Positions 51,608-61,432 of a DNA stretch of 64,000 nt are shown here, in pieces. The stretch lies in NCBI GenBank assembly GCA_963663275.1, contig OY760183.1:1312001-1376000 (forward strand), read 5' to 3'. The position numbers and the translations under genes are program-made. Numbering within the stretch: the stretch's first letter is position 1; each line of letters begins with the position of its first letter. Origin of the DNA: Chloroflexota bacterium. GTDB taxonomy: Bacteria > Chloroflexota > UBA11872 > VXOZ01. Below the pieces are notes generated by a model that saw only the letters and a program-made list of their open reading frames with translations, was not told where the DNA came from and did not search any database.

Positions 51608-53893
51608 TTAACTTGCTCTCTTGAGGAACATGGCAGTGCTGGTGCCTAGGGTACGCATTATGGGCATGATTACTCTTGCAACAGCGCTCGCTGCTTCACG
51701 ATAGTCACCAGAGTTCTCTGTCCCACCTTCTCCATCTCTTTCGTTCTGATAGAGTGACAAACCAATCACGGCCATAGCAACCGAAAACTGCTTCTTGACC
51801 AACTCTTCATTGCCCTTTGAATCCAAAAGACTCAACTCTTGGAGCAGGAATCTGTTGTCCATGTTGATATAGATATCTACCTCGTCACTGGCTCCTTGCT
51901 TGATTACTACAGCAGATTTCCTGTCCATGCCGTGTTGATCCCACTCGTTCTTGTAGACATGAATGGTATTGGGAAGATTCAGCTTTGGAGGTGGTGAAGG
52001 TGGTGTCTTTCTCTTCTCTTGGGGATCACATATGTTTAGAGTTAGCAATACCTCCAAAGGCTCAAATCGTGAGTCATCCATGAAGCCAAACTTGACCGCG
52101 AATCTGTCACCAACTTTGGCGTTACTAGGTGGTGCCAAGTAGACCCTGAAGCCACCATTCCATGGACCGTGATAGGAATGAAACGCCTCCTCCGGCTCAA
52201 GGAAGTACCCTGGACTGTCAGGCCTAGTTAGATAGTCGTTGGAGGCATCAGTTTCGCAATCTACGTAGCATGTTCGACTGTTGATGGGACAATCCTTTAC
52301 GTATTCTCCTGACTTGCCCTTCTTGAGCTCTAGTTTATTGGGAAACTTTGCTCCTTGAAACTTGCTTGCTCGACGTGGGGGGTCAAGTGGCCCACGAAAA
52401 CCCTTGCCTACACCTAACAACTCAGCAATTGTAGGAACATCCCGAACAAGCTTAGCGAATACCTCGATAGCCGTACTATTGTCTGCTACTCTCTCTCGGA
52501 TTGATTCCTCTCGACGTCGAAAATTCCATTCCCTTAGGGTCGGGTGTTTCCTTAATTCTTCCGCTAGTGCTTCTTCAAGCAGGCTTTTCCACTCTCCTTC
52601 ACGTAGCCTATCTCGAGAAGTCATGAACAGGTCATCCCGAATTGTAGTATCGATGTCACTACAGTCCACGGTTACCATTAACTCACGGGAAAGATAGTCT
52701 AAACCAACGCTCTTGCGTTCCAAGAATCGTCGATCCAGCGATGCATGTGCTTGTCCATTTCTTGTGAAGAATACGCAGTCATTTCTTAACCAGTGTCTTC
52801 GTTGACTGTCGCTATTGAACTGCCTAAACAACGTTGCTCTTACTTCTAACTTTCCAATTCTAGGTACGTTTAGGTGAAATGCCACTGGAAAGTCACTCTC
52901 AATTAAAGCACGATCACTAGCGATTCTTGTGTGCATGCCAGCAAGCACGATCTCGGGTGTGTGTGACCTGAAGGGTCTAAGTTCATGTAGTCTTACGGGC
53001 AGCGCTAGCCTCTGCAGCCTAGCGTTCAATTCGTACCACAAGTCGATAGTGATGATAGTGCGTTGGGGAATTCTGTACTCGTAGAGCTTTATCAAAGTGC
53101 CCCACTCTAAAGGTGATTCGTAGGGAAGCGAAGATCTTCCAGGAAGTACAGGGAGTTGTCCGGCATCTATTGTGGGAACTTCGCCTCCGGGAGCAAAATA
53201 CTCAAAGTAGGAGAGTTTCACGCCTTCTTCTGGGGGTGCCCGCCGTATCAGGGTAAACCCCCAAAGCGCGTCGTCATCGCCTTGTCGCAGAGAAGGATGA
53301 CGCCTAGACAATATCAGCTTATACTTGTGAGTTGACCCACAGAACTGTAGCACACCTGTGCTGCCTACATTGAATGTGCCTTGCACGAAATGATTCCGGA
53401 TTTTGTTCTGACTATCTAACGAAAGGAAAGTCTTGGGAAAAGCTAAAGGTGGCTGACCCTCGCCGAGGTCGACAATGGTAAGGGAAGGGTAGTTGGGAGG
53501 TTTCTTTCCAGTAGCAATTACCCGGATGTTTTCGGCTAGGGAGGATCGTCTTGCTTCTGAGAGATCTTCAAGGCGTCCATCGGTAACTCCGTAGAATCGT
53601 TCGGCTGCTTCCACCATGTTGCGTGGTGCCTTAGGATCTGAAGCACTAATCCCTTCCTCGTAACAGCCTCGAATCAACATTGCATCGACACTGTTTATGA
53701 TAAGCTCAATGAGGGCGTTTGTTGGGTGTGCTTGTTGACTCCCTATCGTGCTGTAGTTGTTTCTGTTCCCACCGTAAGGCTGCCAGTTCTGTTTGTTCCT
53801 GAGAGCAGGATAGCGATTGACAACTGCTGTGACTTCGGCTTCAGTCTCGCATTGCACCAAATTCATAAGGACTGTTCTGGTATCAAAGCTCAT
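51608..53893 (-). CDS. Large uncharacterised protein with N-terminal GHKL (HATPase/MORC-like) ATPase motifs
   Basis: ELIINSVDA (motif I), IVDLGEGQ (DxGxG), QGTFNVGSTG (Gly-rich), GTLIKL; ATG 53893 overlaps the upstream stop; low GC. Confidence 0.75.
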   Translation of the reverse strand: MSFDTRTVLMNLVQCETEAEVTAVVNRYPALRNKQNWQPYGGNRNNYSTIGSQQAHPTNALIELIINSVDAMLIRGCYEEGISASDPKAPRNMVEAAERFYGVTDGRLEDLSEARRSSLAENIRVIATGKKPPNYPSLTIVDLGEGQPPLAFPKTFLSLDSQNKIRNHFVQGTFNVGSTGVLQFCGSTHKYKLILSRRHPSLRQGDDDALWGFTLIRRAPPEEGVKLSYFEYFAPGGEVPTIDAGQLPVLPGRSSLPYESPLEWGTLIKLYEYRIPQRTIITIDLWYELNARLQRLALPVRLHELRPFRSHTPEIVLAGMHTRIASDRALIESDFPVAFHLNVPRIGKLEVRATLFRQFNSDSQRRHWLRNDCVFFTRNGQAHASLDRRFLERKSVGLDYLSRELMVTVDCSDIDTTIRDDLFMTSRDRLREGEWKSLLEEALAEELRKHPTLREWNFRRREESIRERVADNSTAIEVFAKLVRDVPTIAELLGVGKGFRGPLDPPRRASKFQGAKFPNKLELKKGKSGEYVKDCPINSRTCYVDCETDASNDYLTRPDSPGYFLEPEEAFHSYHGPWNGGFRVYLAPPSNAKVGDRFAVKFGFMDDSRFEPLEVLLTLNICDPQEKRKTPPSPPPKLNLPNTIHVYKNEWDQHGMDRKSAVVIKQGASDEVDIYINMDNRFLLQELSLLDSKGNEELVKKQFSVAMAVIGLSLYQNERDGEGGTENSGDYREAASAVARVIMPIMRTLGTSTAMFLKRAS

Positions 53894-54575
53894 TGGTTGC
53901 CTCCTGCGACTGGCTGTCCAACACGTTCCAAACATCTGAACCTTGTTCCAGGAAGCGCGAAGTGTCGCGGAATCGATACGTACCACGCTGCGGTATTTCA
54001 AGCACATGAATGTGATTCATCGCACCCAAGGCCAAATACACTTTGTATGAAGACATGTCCAGGCTATCGACAACCTCTTCTGGCCTAAAGGTTTGTTGTT
54101 TGGCGGCCAGTTCAGATAGCAGATCAATGAATCGGATAAACTCCTCCTTTGACATCTTGTGCTCGTAGTTGTCTTTACCATTTCTCTTTAGCCCCTGCTT
54201 AACCAAGCTATTGTTCTGTACGAAAAAGACCGGAGGCCTCTTCCTCCTACGTAGTCGAGGCTTGGGTTCAGCACGAGTCTGTGCACTCTGTTCTGAGAGA
54301 TTCAAGGGATATTCTTCAGTGCTCTCCCTTACAATCGCTGCATCAGGGTTGCGCATAGGCGATATAGTTCGCTCCTGGACAGTGCTCGCTTCGCTCAGTG
54401 AGCCACATTTGATCTGCAATTCGTCTACGTCCCGTGCGAGATCGAAAAGTATTCGCGCGCGATTCCAATCGCCATCCTTCTGCGCAAGTTCGGTGCTAAG
54501 TTCCAGTAGAAGCTTCTTGGCACTCTCGAAGTGCTGTCTGATTTGGCACCAAGCGTTCTCGGAATTCTTTGACAT
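53883..54575 (-). CDS. Hypothetical protein with a C-terminal winged-helix-like segment
   Basis: GGGAGG RBS; FRPEEVVDSLDMSSYKVYLALGAM.HIHVLEIPQRGTYRF resembles wHTH; coupled to the GHKL gene. Confidence 0.65.
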   Translation of the reverse strand: MSKNSENAWCQIRQHFESAKKLLLELSTELAQKDGDWNRARILFDLARDVDELQIKCGSLSEASTVQERTISPMRNPDAAIVRESTEEYPLNLSEQSAQTRAEPKPRLRRRKRPPVFFVQNNSLVKQGLKRNGKDNYEHKMSKEEFIRFIDLLSELAAKQQTFRPEEVVDSLDMSSYKVYLALGAMNHIHVLEIPQRGTYRFRDTSRFLEQGSDVWNVLDSQSQEATNEL

Positions 54576-54601
54576 CTTGCCCTCCCACACTAGAAGAACG
54601 G

Positions 54602-54655
54602 CATCCTCTACCTGTACTGTCTTCTACTATAGCACAGATAGAGGGGATGAGTCAA
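54602..54655 (-). promoter_or_regulatory. Promoter overlapped by an imperfect inverted repeat (candidate operator)
   Basis: Minus strand TTGACT-N18-TATAGT; CATCCTCTACCTGTACTGT ... ATAGCACAGATAGAGGGGATG inverted pair. Confidence 0.6.
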
Positions 54656-54772
54656 CAGATATACTGTAGAAATCTACTGGGATTTAGAGGAAGTTGCTGT
54701 AATCTCTGCAAGATTTCCACTGGGAGTAACTATAACTCGCCGCAGGGGCGGGAGATTCGCATCTTTTTCCTG

Positions 54773-56203
54773 CTACCTCCACTCCGGCCCGATCATGTCC
54801 AGCGGCGGGGTGGTGGTGTTGAGCAGGCGTTCGGTGAGCCGGCCGTGGTGTTCCTGGATGCGGGCGTGGGCGGCGGGATCGTGGGCCAGGTTGCGCATTT
54901 CGTGGGGGTCTTCCTGGAGGTCGTAGAACTCGCTGCCGTTTTCTTGACCCCAGTAGGCGTATTTATAGCGATTGGTGATGAGCGCCGTGCCGCGCACGGC
55001 GCCACCATTGCCGACGTAGTCGGAGAGCGCCATGCCGGGCAGGCGCGCCTGCCCTTCGATAACCGGGCGCAGGCTGGTAGCGGCCATGGCCTCGGGGACG
55101 GGCACGCCGGCGTAGTCCAGGATCGTGGGCGCGATTTGGAAGGTCTCCACCACGTCTGCCACCAGCGGAACGCGCGCGTGTCCGGCCGGCGGCGTGACGA
55201 TGAGCGGCACCCGCGCCGAGGGTTCCCAGAACGTGCCCTTGCCGCCGCGCGACCAATCGCCCATGTGGTCGCCGTGGTCGCTGGCGTAGATGATGAGCGT
55301 GTTGTCCAGCGTCCCGGCGTCCGCCAGCGTTTGCACCAGCAGCCCCACCATGTCGTCGATCATGGTGCAGAGGCCCCAGTACTTGGCAATGGCGTTGCGG
55401 ATGATGCGCTCGTCCGGCTCTTTGGCAAAGCGGCCGCCGCCGTTTTGTAGATGCTTGGGCTTGTCGCTATCGTCGGCCAGATACGTCACCGGCATGTCCA
55501 CGTCCGCCGGGTCGTACATGCTGGCGTAGGGTTCCGGCGGGTCCAGCGGCCCGTGGGGCCCGCAGATGCCGCACCAGGCGATGAAGGGCCGGTCGCGGCT
55601 CTCGCGCATGAAACCGGCGGTGTTATTTGTGATCCAGGTGTCGATGTAGTCTTCGTAGGGCAGCACGTTGGTGATGGCCGTCATGTCTTTGTATTCAGGT
55701 TGACGGCGCTGGGTATAGATCTTCTCGTAGCCGCCCGGGTGCCGCTCCTCCAGCCAGGCGGCGTAGAGCGGCCCCAGGGGGCCCGGCCCCAGATGCGTGC
55801 CGGAAGATTCCTTCCAGCGCGAGCCTTTGCCCTCGGTCAGCATCGTGAAGCGGAAGCCTTTCGGCGGCCACATGTGGATTTTGCCGAAGGCCGCCGTATA
55901 GTAGCCCGCTACGTCGTGGAGATGCTCCATGAAGGTCAACTCATGATGGGGCAGTCCCGGCGTGCGGTCGATGGGTATCGCCTGGAAGGTCACGCCGTGC
56001 TGGTGGATGTACCGTCCGGTCTGGAGGCAGGCCCGGGCCGGCGTGCAGATGGTGTTCTGCGTGTAGGGGCGCTCGAACCGCGTGCCTTGCGCCGCCAGGG
56101 CGTCGATGTGGGGCGTCTTGACCTTGCGATTGCCATAGCAGCCGAGCGTATCCCAACGCTGCTGGTCGGTGGTGATGAGCAGGATGTTTGGGGGCTGTGC
56201 CAT
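54773..56203 (-). CDS. Formylglycine-dependent sulfatase (Cys type)
   Basis: PNIL.ITTDQQR, CTPAR..LQTGRY, GKIH, PH.P, SDHGD; AGGAGG RBS. Confidence 0.93.
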   Translation of the reverse strand: MAQPPNILLITTDQQRWDTLGCYGNRKVKTPHIDALAAQGTRFERPYTQNTICTPARACLQTGRYIHQHGVTFQAIPIDRTPGLPHHELTFMEHLHDVAGYYTAAFGKIHMWPPKGFRFTMLTEGKGSRWKESSGTHLGPGPLGPLYAAWLEERHPGGYEKIYTQRRQPEYKDMTAITNVLPYEDYIDTWITNNTAGFMRESRDRPFIAWCGICGPHGPLDPPEPYASMYDPADVDMPVTYLADDSDKPKHLQNGGGRFAKEPDERIIRNAIAKYWGLCTMIDDMVGLLVQTLADAGTLDNTLIIYASDHGDHMGDWSRGGKGTFWEPSARVPLIVTPPAGHARVPLVADVVETFQIAPTILDYAGVPVPEAMAATSLRPVIEGQARLPGMALSDYVGNGGAVRGTALITNRYKYAYWGQENGSEFYDLQEDPHEMRNLAHDPAAHARIQEHHGRLTERLLNTTTPPLDMIGPEWR

Positions 56204-56346
56204 GAGTTACCTCCTGGACAGGGAGATTTGGATGCTTTTCGTGCTTATTCTAGGCTCCGCGGACATTCAATGTCATTCTTGCGGTGTACGTGACTTTCAT
56301 TCCTGTAAGTGTTAAGCAATTCGTTGACAATTTCCACCCTCTTCTC

Positions 56347-56575
56347 GGCAGTATTGACCGTGCATGTCATTCCGAGCGCAGCGAGGAATCTAGAGTTCAT
56401 GCCGTGCGTTGTCCGATGGGCGCGGCAGCGCAGAGGCCCTACGACGCCGCGAGCCGATGGGGGTTACATGCGCCGGGCCGGTGATTTGAATGTTTTCAGG
56501 CACGGCGCTTGCGGAGGATGCGCGCACCCCTAGATTCCTCGCTGCGCTCGGAATGACAGATTAGGCAATACTGTC
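56347..56575. repeat. Inverted GTCATTCCGAGCGCAGCGAGGAATCTAG palindrome pair within short inverted termini
   Basis: REP at ~56366-56393 and inverted copy at ~56530-56558; outer GGCAGTATTG / CAATACTGTC. Confidence 0.65.
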
Positions 56576-56624
56576 AATGCGAAGACTGGATGCGCGATCA
56601 GTTCAATGACCGGCTGCCATGCCG

Positions 56625-57680
56625 TCACGCGTACTCCAGCGCCACGCCCAGGGCCTCCGCCGGCAGGTTGATGGCGACTTCCGCCGCTTGCGGGGCTTGA
56701 TCGAACGGGAAGCGGTGGGTGAGCAGCGGGCCGACGCGCACCTTGCCGTCCGCTTGAAGGTTCAGGAGCGTTTGCAGGTTGCGCTCCTGGTCCCACGGCA
56801 CGAAGCGGCGCGGGTAATCGACCGCGCCGCGCAGGTAGTCGCGCTCGCGGCTGCCGGGGCCGCGGCCGTTGACCCAGTGGAGGTCGATCTCCTTGGTGTG
56901 GGGGTCGGCGTCGGCGTGGGTGGGGGTGAAGTCCCAAATCACGCGCCCGATGAGCAGCACGCGCCCGCTGAAACGCGCCAGCCGCACCGCCAGCGAGGCC
57001 GGACCGCGCACCCGCGCCGAGGTGGCCACGAAAACCGCGTCCGCGCCCACGCCGTGGGTGAAGTCCGCCACGGCGGCGGCTATGTCGTCGTCAGACCCGC
57101 TCGCCGTGGCAGCGGCCCCCAGTTCGCGGGCTTTTTCCAGCCGGAACTCGTGCAAGTCCACACCCATCGCCTGACCGCCGGTCATCTGGACGAGTTGCGC
57201 CGTAATCTGTCCCACCATGCCCAGGCCGAGCACCACGGCCCGCTCGCCCGGCTGCAAAGCCGCCCGGCGGATGGCGTGGAGCGCGGTGAGGCCGACGTTG
57301 GTGGTTGCCGCTTCCAGGGGCGCGAGACCCGGCGGAATTTTGGCAAACGAGTGCTTGGGCACGAAACCCTGCTCGGCGTGGAAGCCAAAGCCGCCGCCGG
57401 CCGCCGCCACCAGGTCGCCCGGCCGGAAGCGATCCTGAAGATCCGCGGAAACCTCGAGGACTTCGCCGGCGGACTGGTAGCTGTGGGCCTTCTCTGAGAA
57501 CGCGCCTGGGTCTTTACCCTCCGCCACCGCCTGGCGGCGGCGCGCCACACCCGCCATCTCGGAACCGGCCCCAAACACCGAGGCCAGCGTCCGAATCACC
57601 ACGCCGGAGCCGCGCAAGGTGGGTTCCGGCGCCTCTTTGATGTAGATTTCGCCGCGATTGTTCGAATAGAGGGCGCGCAT
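56625..57680 (-). CDS. Zinc-binding alcohol dehydrogenase (MDR) family oxidoreductase
   Basis: GAGSE, SYQSAG.V, GLGMVG Rossmann motif, LLTHRF. Confidence 0.82.
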   Translation of the reverse strand: MRALYSNNRGEIYIKEAPEPTLRGSGVVIRTLASVFGAGSEMAGVARRRQAVAEGKDPGAFSEKAHSYQSAGEVLEVSADLQDRFRPGDLVAAAGGGFGFHAEQGFVPKHSFAKIPPGLAPLEAATTNVGLTALHAIRRAALQPGERAVVLGLGMVGQITAQLVQMTGGQAMGVDLHEFRLEKARELGAAATASGSDDDIAAAVADFTHGVGADAVFVATSARVRGPASLAVRLARFSGRVLLIGRVIWDFTPTHADADPHTKEIDLHWVNGRGPGSRERDYLRGAVDYPRRFVPWDQERNLQTLLNLQADGKVRVGPLLTHRFPFDQAPQAAEVAINLPAEALGVALEYA

Positions 57681-57707
57681 CGAGCAAACTCCGTTTCGCG
57701 TTTGTCG

Positions 57708-59420
57708 TCACACAGGTATCACCGGCAGCGTCACGTGGGACGGCCTGGAATGGTCGTGGAAGAGCGTTTGGCGGGCCGTGGCCAGCGTGGCGTCGGCGTA
57801 GTCGTCCAGGCCCGTGTTGTGGTTGCGGTCGAAGTTGGGAAAGTCGCTGCTGGAAATATCCAGGCGGATGCGGTGGCCGGCTCTGAAGAGGTTGCTGGTG
57901 GGATTCACCTGGATTTCGTACCGGTAGACCGCGTCCGGCTCGATGAGCGTGGGCTGCGCGAATGATTCCCGGTAGCGGGCGCGCACGATGCCGTGGCAGA
58001 GTTCCTGCGCGAAGCCGTCCGGCCACACGTCGATGAGCTTGACCACGAAGTCCGTATCGCGGGCGGAGGAGGCGGCCCAGAGTTTCACCGTTATCGGCCC
58101 GGTCACCTCCAGCGGCGTCTCCAGCGGCGGCGTGGCGTAGCTCAGAATGTCGTTGCGATGGGCCAATGCCCGCTGGTCGTGGGGCTCCTGCTGCCCGCCG
58201 GCGGTGTAGAGGGTCATCACGGGGTCGCGCGGATCGTAGACATAATTGTCCGGCGGCTCGTCGGTGGGCGCTTCCCGCGAGAGCACGCCGTCGCCAAACG
58301 GCGTATTGGCGCTGCCGCCGCTGTGGAGGTAGAAGTCGGTGTACCGGGTGCGCGCCAGCGGCCACTCTTGTTCGCCGCGCCAGGTGTTCGCGCCCATGAC
58401 GAAGAGCTGCACCGGCGGCCAGTCGACGATGGCGCCGGGATCGTCCTTCAGCCAGGCGCGGAACCAGGCGTCGGCAATGGCCAGGTAGTTGCGTTCCGCC
58501 GCCGGGCCGAAGTCCACCGACCCGACCGTGTGCCCCAGGTCATCGGTGGTGTGCGTCCAGGGGCCGACGATGAGCCGCTGGTTGGCGCGAGCATGGGCGG
58601 TCATGCCGTTCTCCACCATGCCGGTGAACTGCTTGATGGTGCCAATTTGCTGGTCGTACCAGCCCGTTACGCTAAGGACTGGAACGTTAACATCCTTGTG
58701 CTTCTGCAAGAAGCCGAAGTGGTCTTGGGCGTGGTCGCTGAGCCAGTAGCGGAAGTGCGGCGCCACGTCGGCGAGCGCGCTATCGGGGATGTCCAGCAGG
58801 GGCAGGAACCAGAGCCACTTGGCGCGGTCCTGCTCGTGCCAGATGCGCTCGGCTACCGCTTGCGTATGGGGTCCCGAGGTGTCGCCAAGCCGCCGCCGCT
58901 GGTCCGGGGCCAGGGTATTGACCGACCACCACAGCACGCGCCCCAGCCGCAGCACGCCGCAGAGTTCGCGGTCCAGCAGGTTGGCGGCGATGCCGCTGGC
59001 GTACATGGCGGCGAGACTGGGCGGCCGGGTGGGAGCCAGCGCCCACTGCGTCCAGCCGTTGTAGGAGTTGCCGTAGGTGCCGACTTTGCCGGTGGAACCC
59101 GGCAGCCGCGCCGCCCATTCCACCGTGTCGTAGCCGTCGGCAGCGTCAAAGGTGTCGGCGCGATAGAAACCGGGGCGAAACTCGCCGTCGGAGGCGTACC
59201 GCCCGCGCACGTCCTGCACCGCCACGATATAACCCCGCGCGGCGTGCTCTCCGCCGAAACTCTGCTCGTTCTTATCATACGGCGTGCGGCACACCAGCAC
59301 GGGATACTCGCCGGGCGCGTCGGGACGATACACGTCGGCGCGCAAAACCGTCCCATCGCGCATGGGCACAGGGACGTTCTCTTCGCGCGTCACGCCGAAC
59401 GTATGCTCAAATTGCCCCAT
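57708..59420 (-). CDS. CocE/NonD-family hydrolase
   Basis: MRDG..L.ADVY.P, RTPY, QDVRGRY.SDG, GNSYNG, GWYD, GPWTH, SSSDFP.FDRN.NTG. Confidence 0.93.
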   Translation of the reverse strand: MGQFEHTFGVTREENVPVPMRDGTVLRADVYRPDAPGEYPVLVCRTPYDKNEQSFGGEHAARGYIVAVQDVRGRYASDGEFRPGFYRADTFDAADGYDTVEWAARLPGSTGKVGTYGNSYNGWTQWALAPTRPPSLAAMYASGIAANLLDRELCGVLRLGRVLWWSVNTLAPDQRRRLGDTSGPHTQAVAERIWHEQDRAKWLWFLPLLDIPDSALADVAPHFRYWLSDHAQDHFGFLQKHKDVNVPVLSVTGWYDQQIGTIKQFTGMVENGMTAHARANQRLIVGPWTHTTDDLGHTVGSVDFGPAAERNYLAIADAWFRAWLKDDPGAIVDWPPVQLFVMGANTWRGEQEWPLARTRYTDFYLHSGGSANTPFGDGVLSREAPTDEPPDNYVYDPRDPVMTLYTAGGQQEPHDQRALAHRNDILSYATPPLETPLEVTGPITVKLWAASSARDTDFVVKLIDVWPDGFAQELCHGIVRARYRESFAQPTLIEPDAVYRYEIQVNPTSNLFRAGHRIRLDISSSDFPNFDRNHNTGLDDYADATLATARQTLFHDHSRPSHVTLPVIPV

Positions 59421-59490
59421 AGATGCTCCTGAATTCCCCACAAATCCCGCCGCGTAGCCCGAAACGCCACGAGGCGTCTGCTCCTCTCAT

Positions 59491-59697
59491 TCCGGTAGCG
59501 CAGGTTTGTGACCTGCGTCTTTGCTCCGGTAGCGTAGGTTTGCAACCTGCGTCTCCGATAGCGCGGGTTTGCACCCTGCGTCTCCGGTAGCGCGGGTTTG
59601 CACCCTGCGTCTCCGGTAGCGCGGGTTTGCACCCTGCATCTCCGGTAGCGTAGGTTTGTAACCTGCGCCGGCGCGGGTCGGCGTTTGCAACCTGCGC
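59491..59697. repeat. Tandem array of ~29-bp GTAG-REP units
   Basis: Six head-to-tail copies of CTCCGGTAGCGCGGGTTTGCACCCTGCGT-like units plus a degenerate seventh; no spacers. Confidence 0.9.
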
Positions 59698-59782
59698 CTC
59701 TTTCCGTCATTCCGGCGAAAGCCGGAATCCAGTGCCCGGTCACGCTATCTAATCCGACAACTCCCGGAAGCAGCGACAACGT

Positions 59783-60067
59783 TCAGGCACCGCTAACGAC
59801 ACGCCCAACACCCGGCATCATCTCTGAGACTGTCTTGCCGGTAAGCTGCATGTAGAGCGCGTCCGGGCAAAGTTCGATGTCATCCCCCCAGGCGATTGCT
59901 CCATGCGGTGCAATGTGAACCGTCTGGAAGCGAGCGCGGTCATTCCACGCCGCAAACACCCCCCGTCCCGCCAGATGCGAGAGATCTACCTCCCCGGCAG
60001 ACCCATCCGAAAAGCGAATCCAAATCCGGTATCTCTTGCGCGCCTCAACGGCAGTGGGCCGAACTAG
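59783..60067 (-). pseudogene. DUF2442-like antitoxin frame without a canonical start codon
   Basis: Minus-strand frame VRPTAVEARKRYRIWIRFSDGSAGEVDLSHLAGRGVFAAW...IAWGDDIELCPDALY...; absent from the ORF track. Confidence 0.7.
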
Positions 60068-60130
60068 CGCCTTTGACGTGGGTATTGCCTCGCTCCAAGT
60101 CCTACATGCGCCAAGTGACTGCTTTCCTGA

Positions 60131-61216
60131 CTAAACTCCCTTCACAGAATTCTCTATGCGTGAGACTTCATCCCTAATTCTGTCGGCGTGGTTGAAGATG
60201 TCGTCCAGGTCTGCGAGGCGAATTCGCTCCTCTGACCTCTTCTCATCAAACAAGGCGAGTCTGAGGGTTGAAGTTCTGAGAAGCAGTCGGCAGACAGTCC
60301 TTCGATTGTTATCGTCAAGTAGCACGCTGCAATAGGACTTAGAAGTGCGGAGCCCAAGGCGCCGAACATCTACCAGATCACGGACGATTGCCTTGATTAC
60401 ATTCAGCGCATCTTCCTCAAGCGGAATGAACTCTGGTTCAACTGGTGAATCGGAGACAGGTGCAACTTCCTTCTCCTGTAGCTGTTTGTCCTCCTGCTCT
60501 TCCTGCTTCAGGGCAGACTTTAATCTGTCACTAATTCGATCGTTTACAAACTGCACAAACGCGTGCCGCACAAGTGGGACGAACTGCTCCCGTATCGCTT
60601 GAGTTACATTCTTGCCCTCGTATACGCGTTTCACAATAAAGTAAACGAACTCTTCTGAAGGGTTCTCAAGCTCTTGCGCGATCACCCGTCTTATCTCCGT
60701 CGTGTACTTCAACTCCCTGGCGGCATCCAGGATTTCCTCCAAATTGAAGGCAGCTTTTGTAAACCGCTTCAGCCCTTCGACCTCCGCTTCATTAAAGTCG
60801 AGCATGTTGAACTCGAAGAAGGGCTTCTTGTCCATCACATTGGGTTGTTCCAGATCGGCGAAGAAACGATAGACGACACCGTCAGTGAGTATGCCGAATC
60901 GGGCGTCAGTTACCGTAAAGTAGCGAGTGAGTTGTGAGATCTCCGCTTCGTCTAGATCGTTGCCGTATATCTTGCATTCAATGAGGATCGCGGGCTTCCC
61001 GGCTTGCATGAGGGCGTAATCGACCTTTTCTCCCTTTTTCGATCCAACGTCAGCGGTAAACTCCGGCACAACCTCAGTTGGATCGAAAATCGAATAGCCC
61101 ATCATCTGTAAGAAAGGTAGGACGAGAGCGTTCTTGGTAGCCTCTTCGGTGTCAAGGTGGTCTGTTCGCTCGGCGAACCTGCTTGAGCGAGTGCGTACTT
61201 CGTCGATGAAGTCCAT
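60131..61216 (-). CDS. Type I restriction enzyme HsdR N-terminal-like standalone nuclease
   Basis: TEEATK.AL..PF, PE..ADVG.KKGEKVDYA, IECK, QL.RYF, MD.KPF; lower GC. Confidence 0.85.
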   Translation of the reverse strand: MDFIDEVRTRSSRFAERTDHLDTEEATKNALVLPFLQMMGYSIFDPTEVVPEFTADVGSKKGEKVDYALMQAGKPAILIECKIYGNDLDEAEISQLTRYFTVTDARFGILTDGVVYRFFADLEQPNVMDKKPFFEFNMLDFNEAEVEGLKRFTKAAFNLEEILDAARELKYTTEIRRVIAQELENPSEEFVYFIVKRVYEGKNVTQAIREQFVPLVRHAFVQFVNDRISDRLKSALKQEEQEDKQLQEKEVAPVSDSPVEPEFIPLEEDALNVIKAIVRDLVDVRRLGLRTSKSYCSVLLDDNNRRTVCRLLLRTSTLRLALFDEKRSEERIRLADLDDIFNHADRIRDEVSRIENSVKGV

Positions 61217-61432
61217 GTGTAAAGTGTCCTTGCTGTCTGTCTGAATCGTGTCTGTTCCGCCAATATCTATTGGGAACGAGAAGAGCCTAATCTGCACTTC
61301 CCTTAAGGGTTCATATTAATGAATCGTCGACGGAGGGTCAAAGTACAATTGACGCCACTCTACGCGCTTGGGTTTGCTTGCCACGGTGGGCACTCTGCGC
61401 CCTTGGGTACATCTCACAGAACAAGAACGCCA

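Noticed and set aside
54722-54738. GGGAGTAACTATAACTC resembles a conserved large-subunit rRNA segment
   Set aside because: Only about 17 bp with no flanking rRNA similarity; likely chance
59491-59697. Possible CRISPR array
   Set aside because: Units are contiguous with no unique spacers, no cas genes are present, and the unit is a dispersed REP
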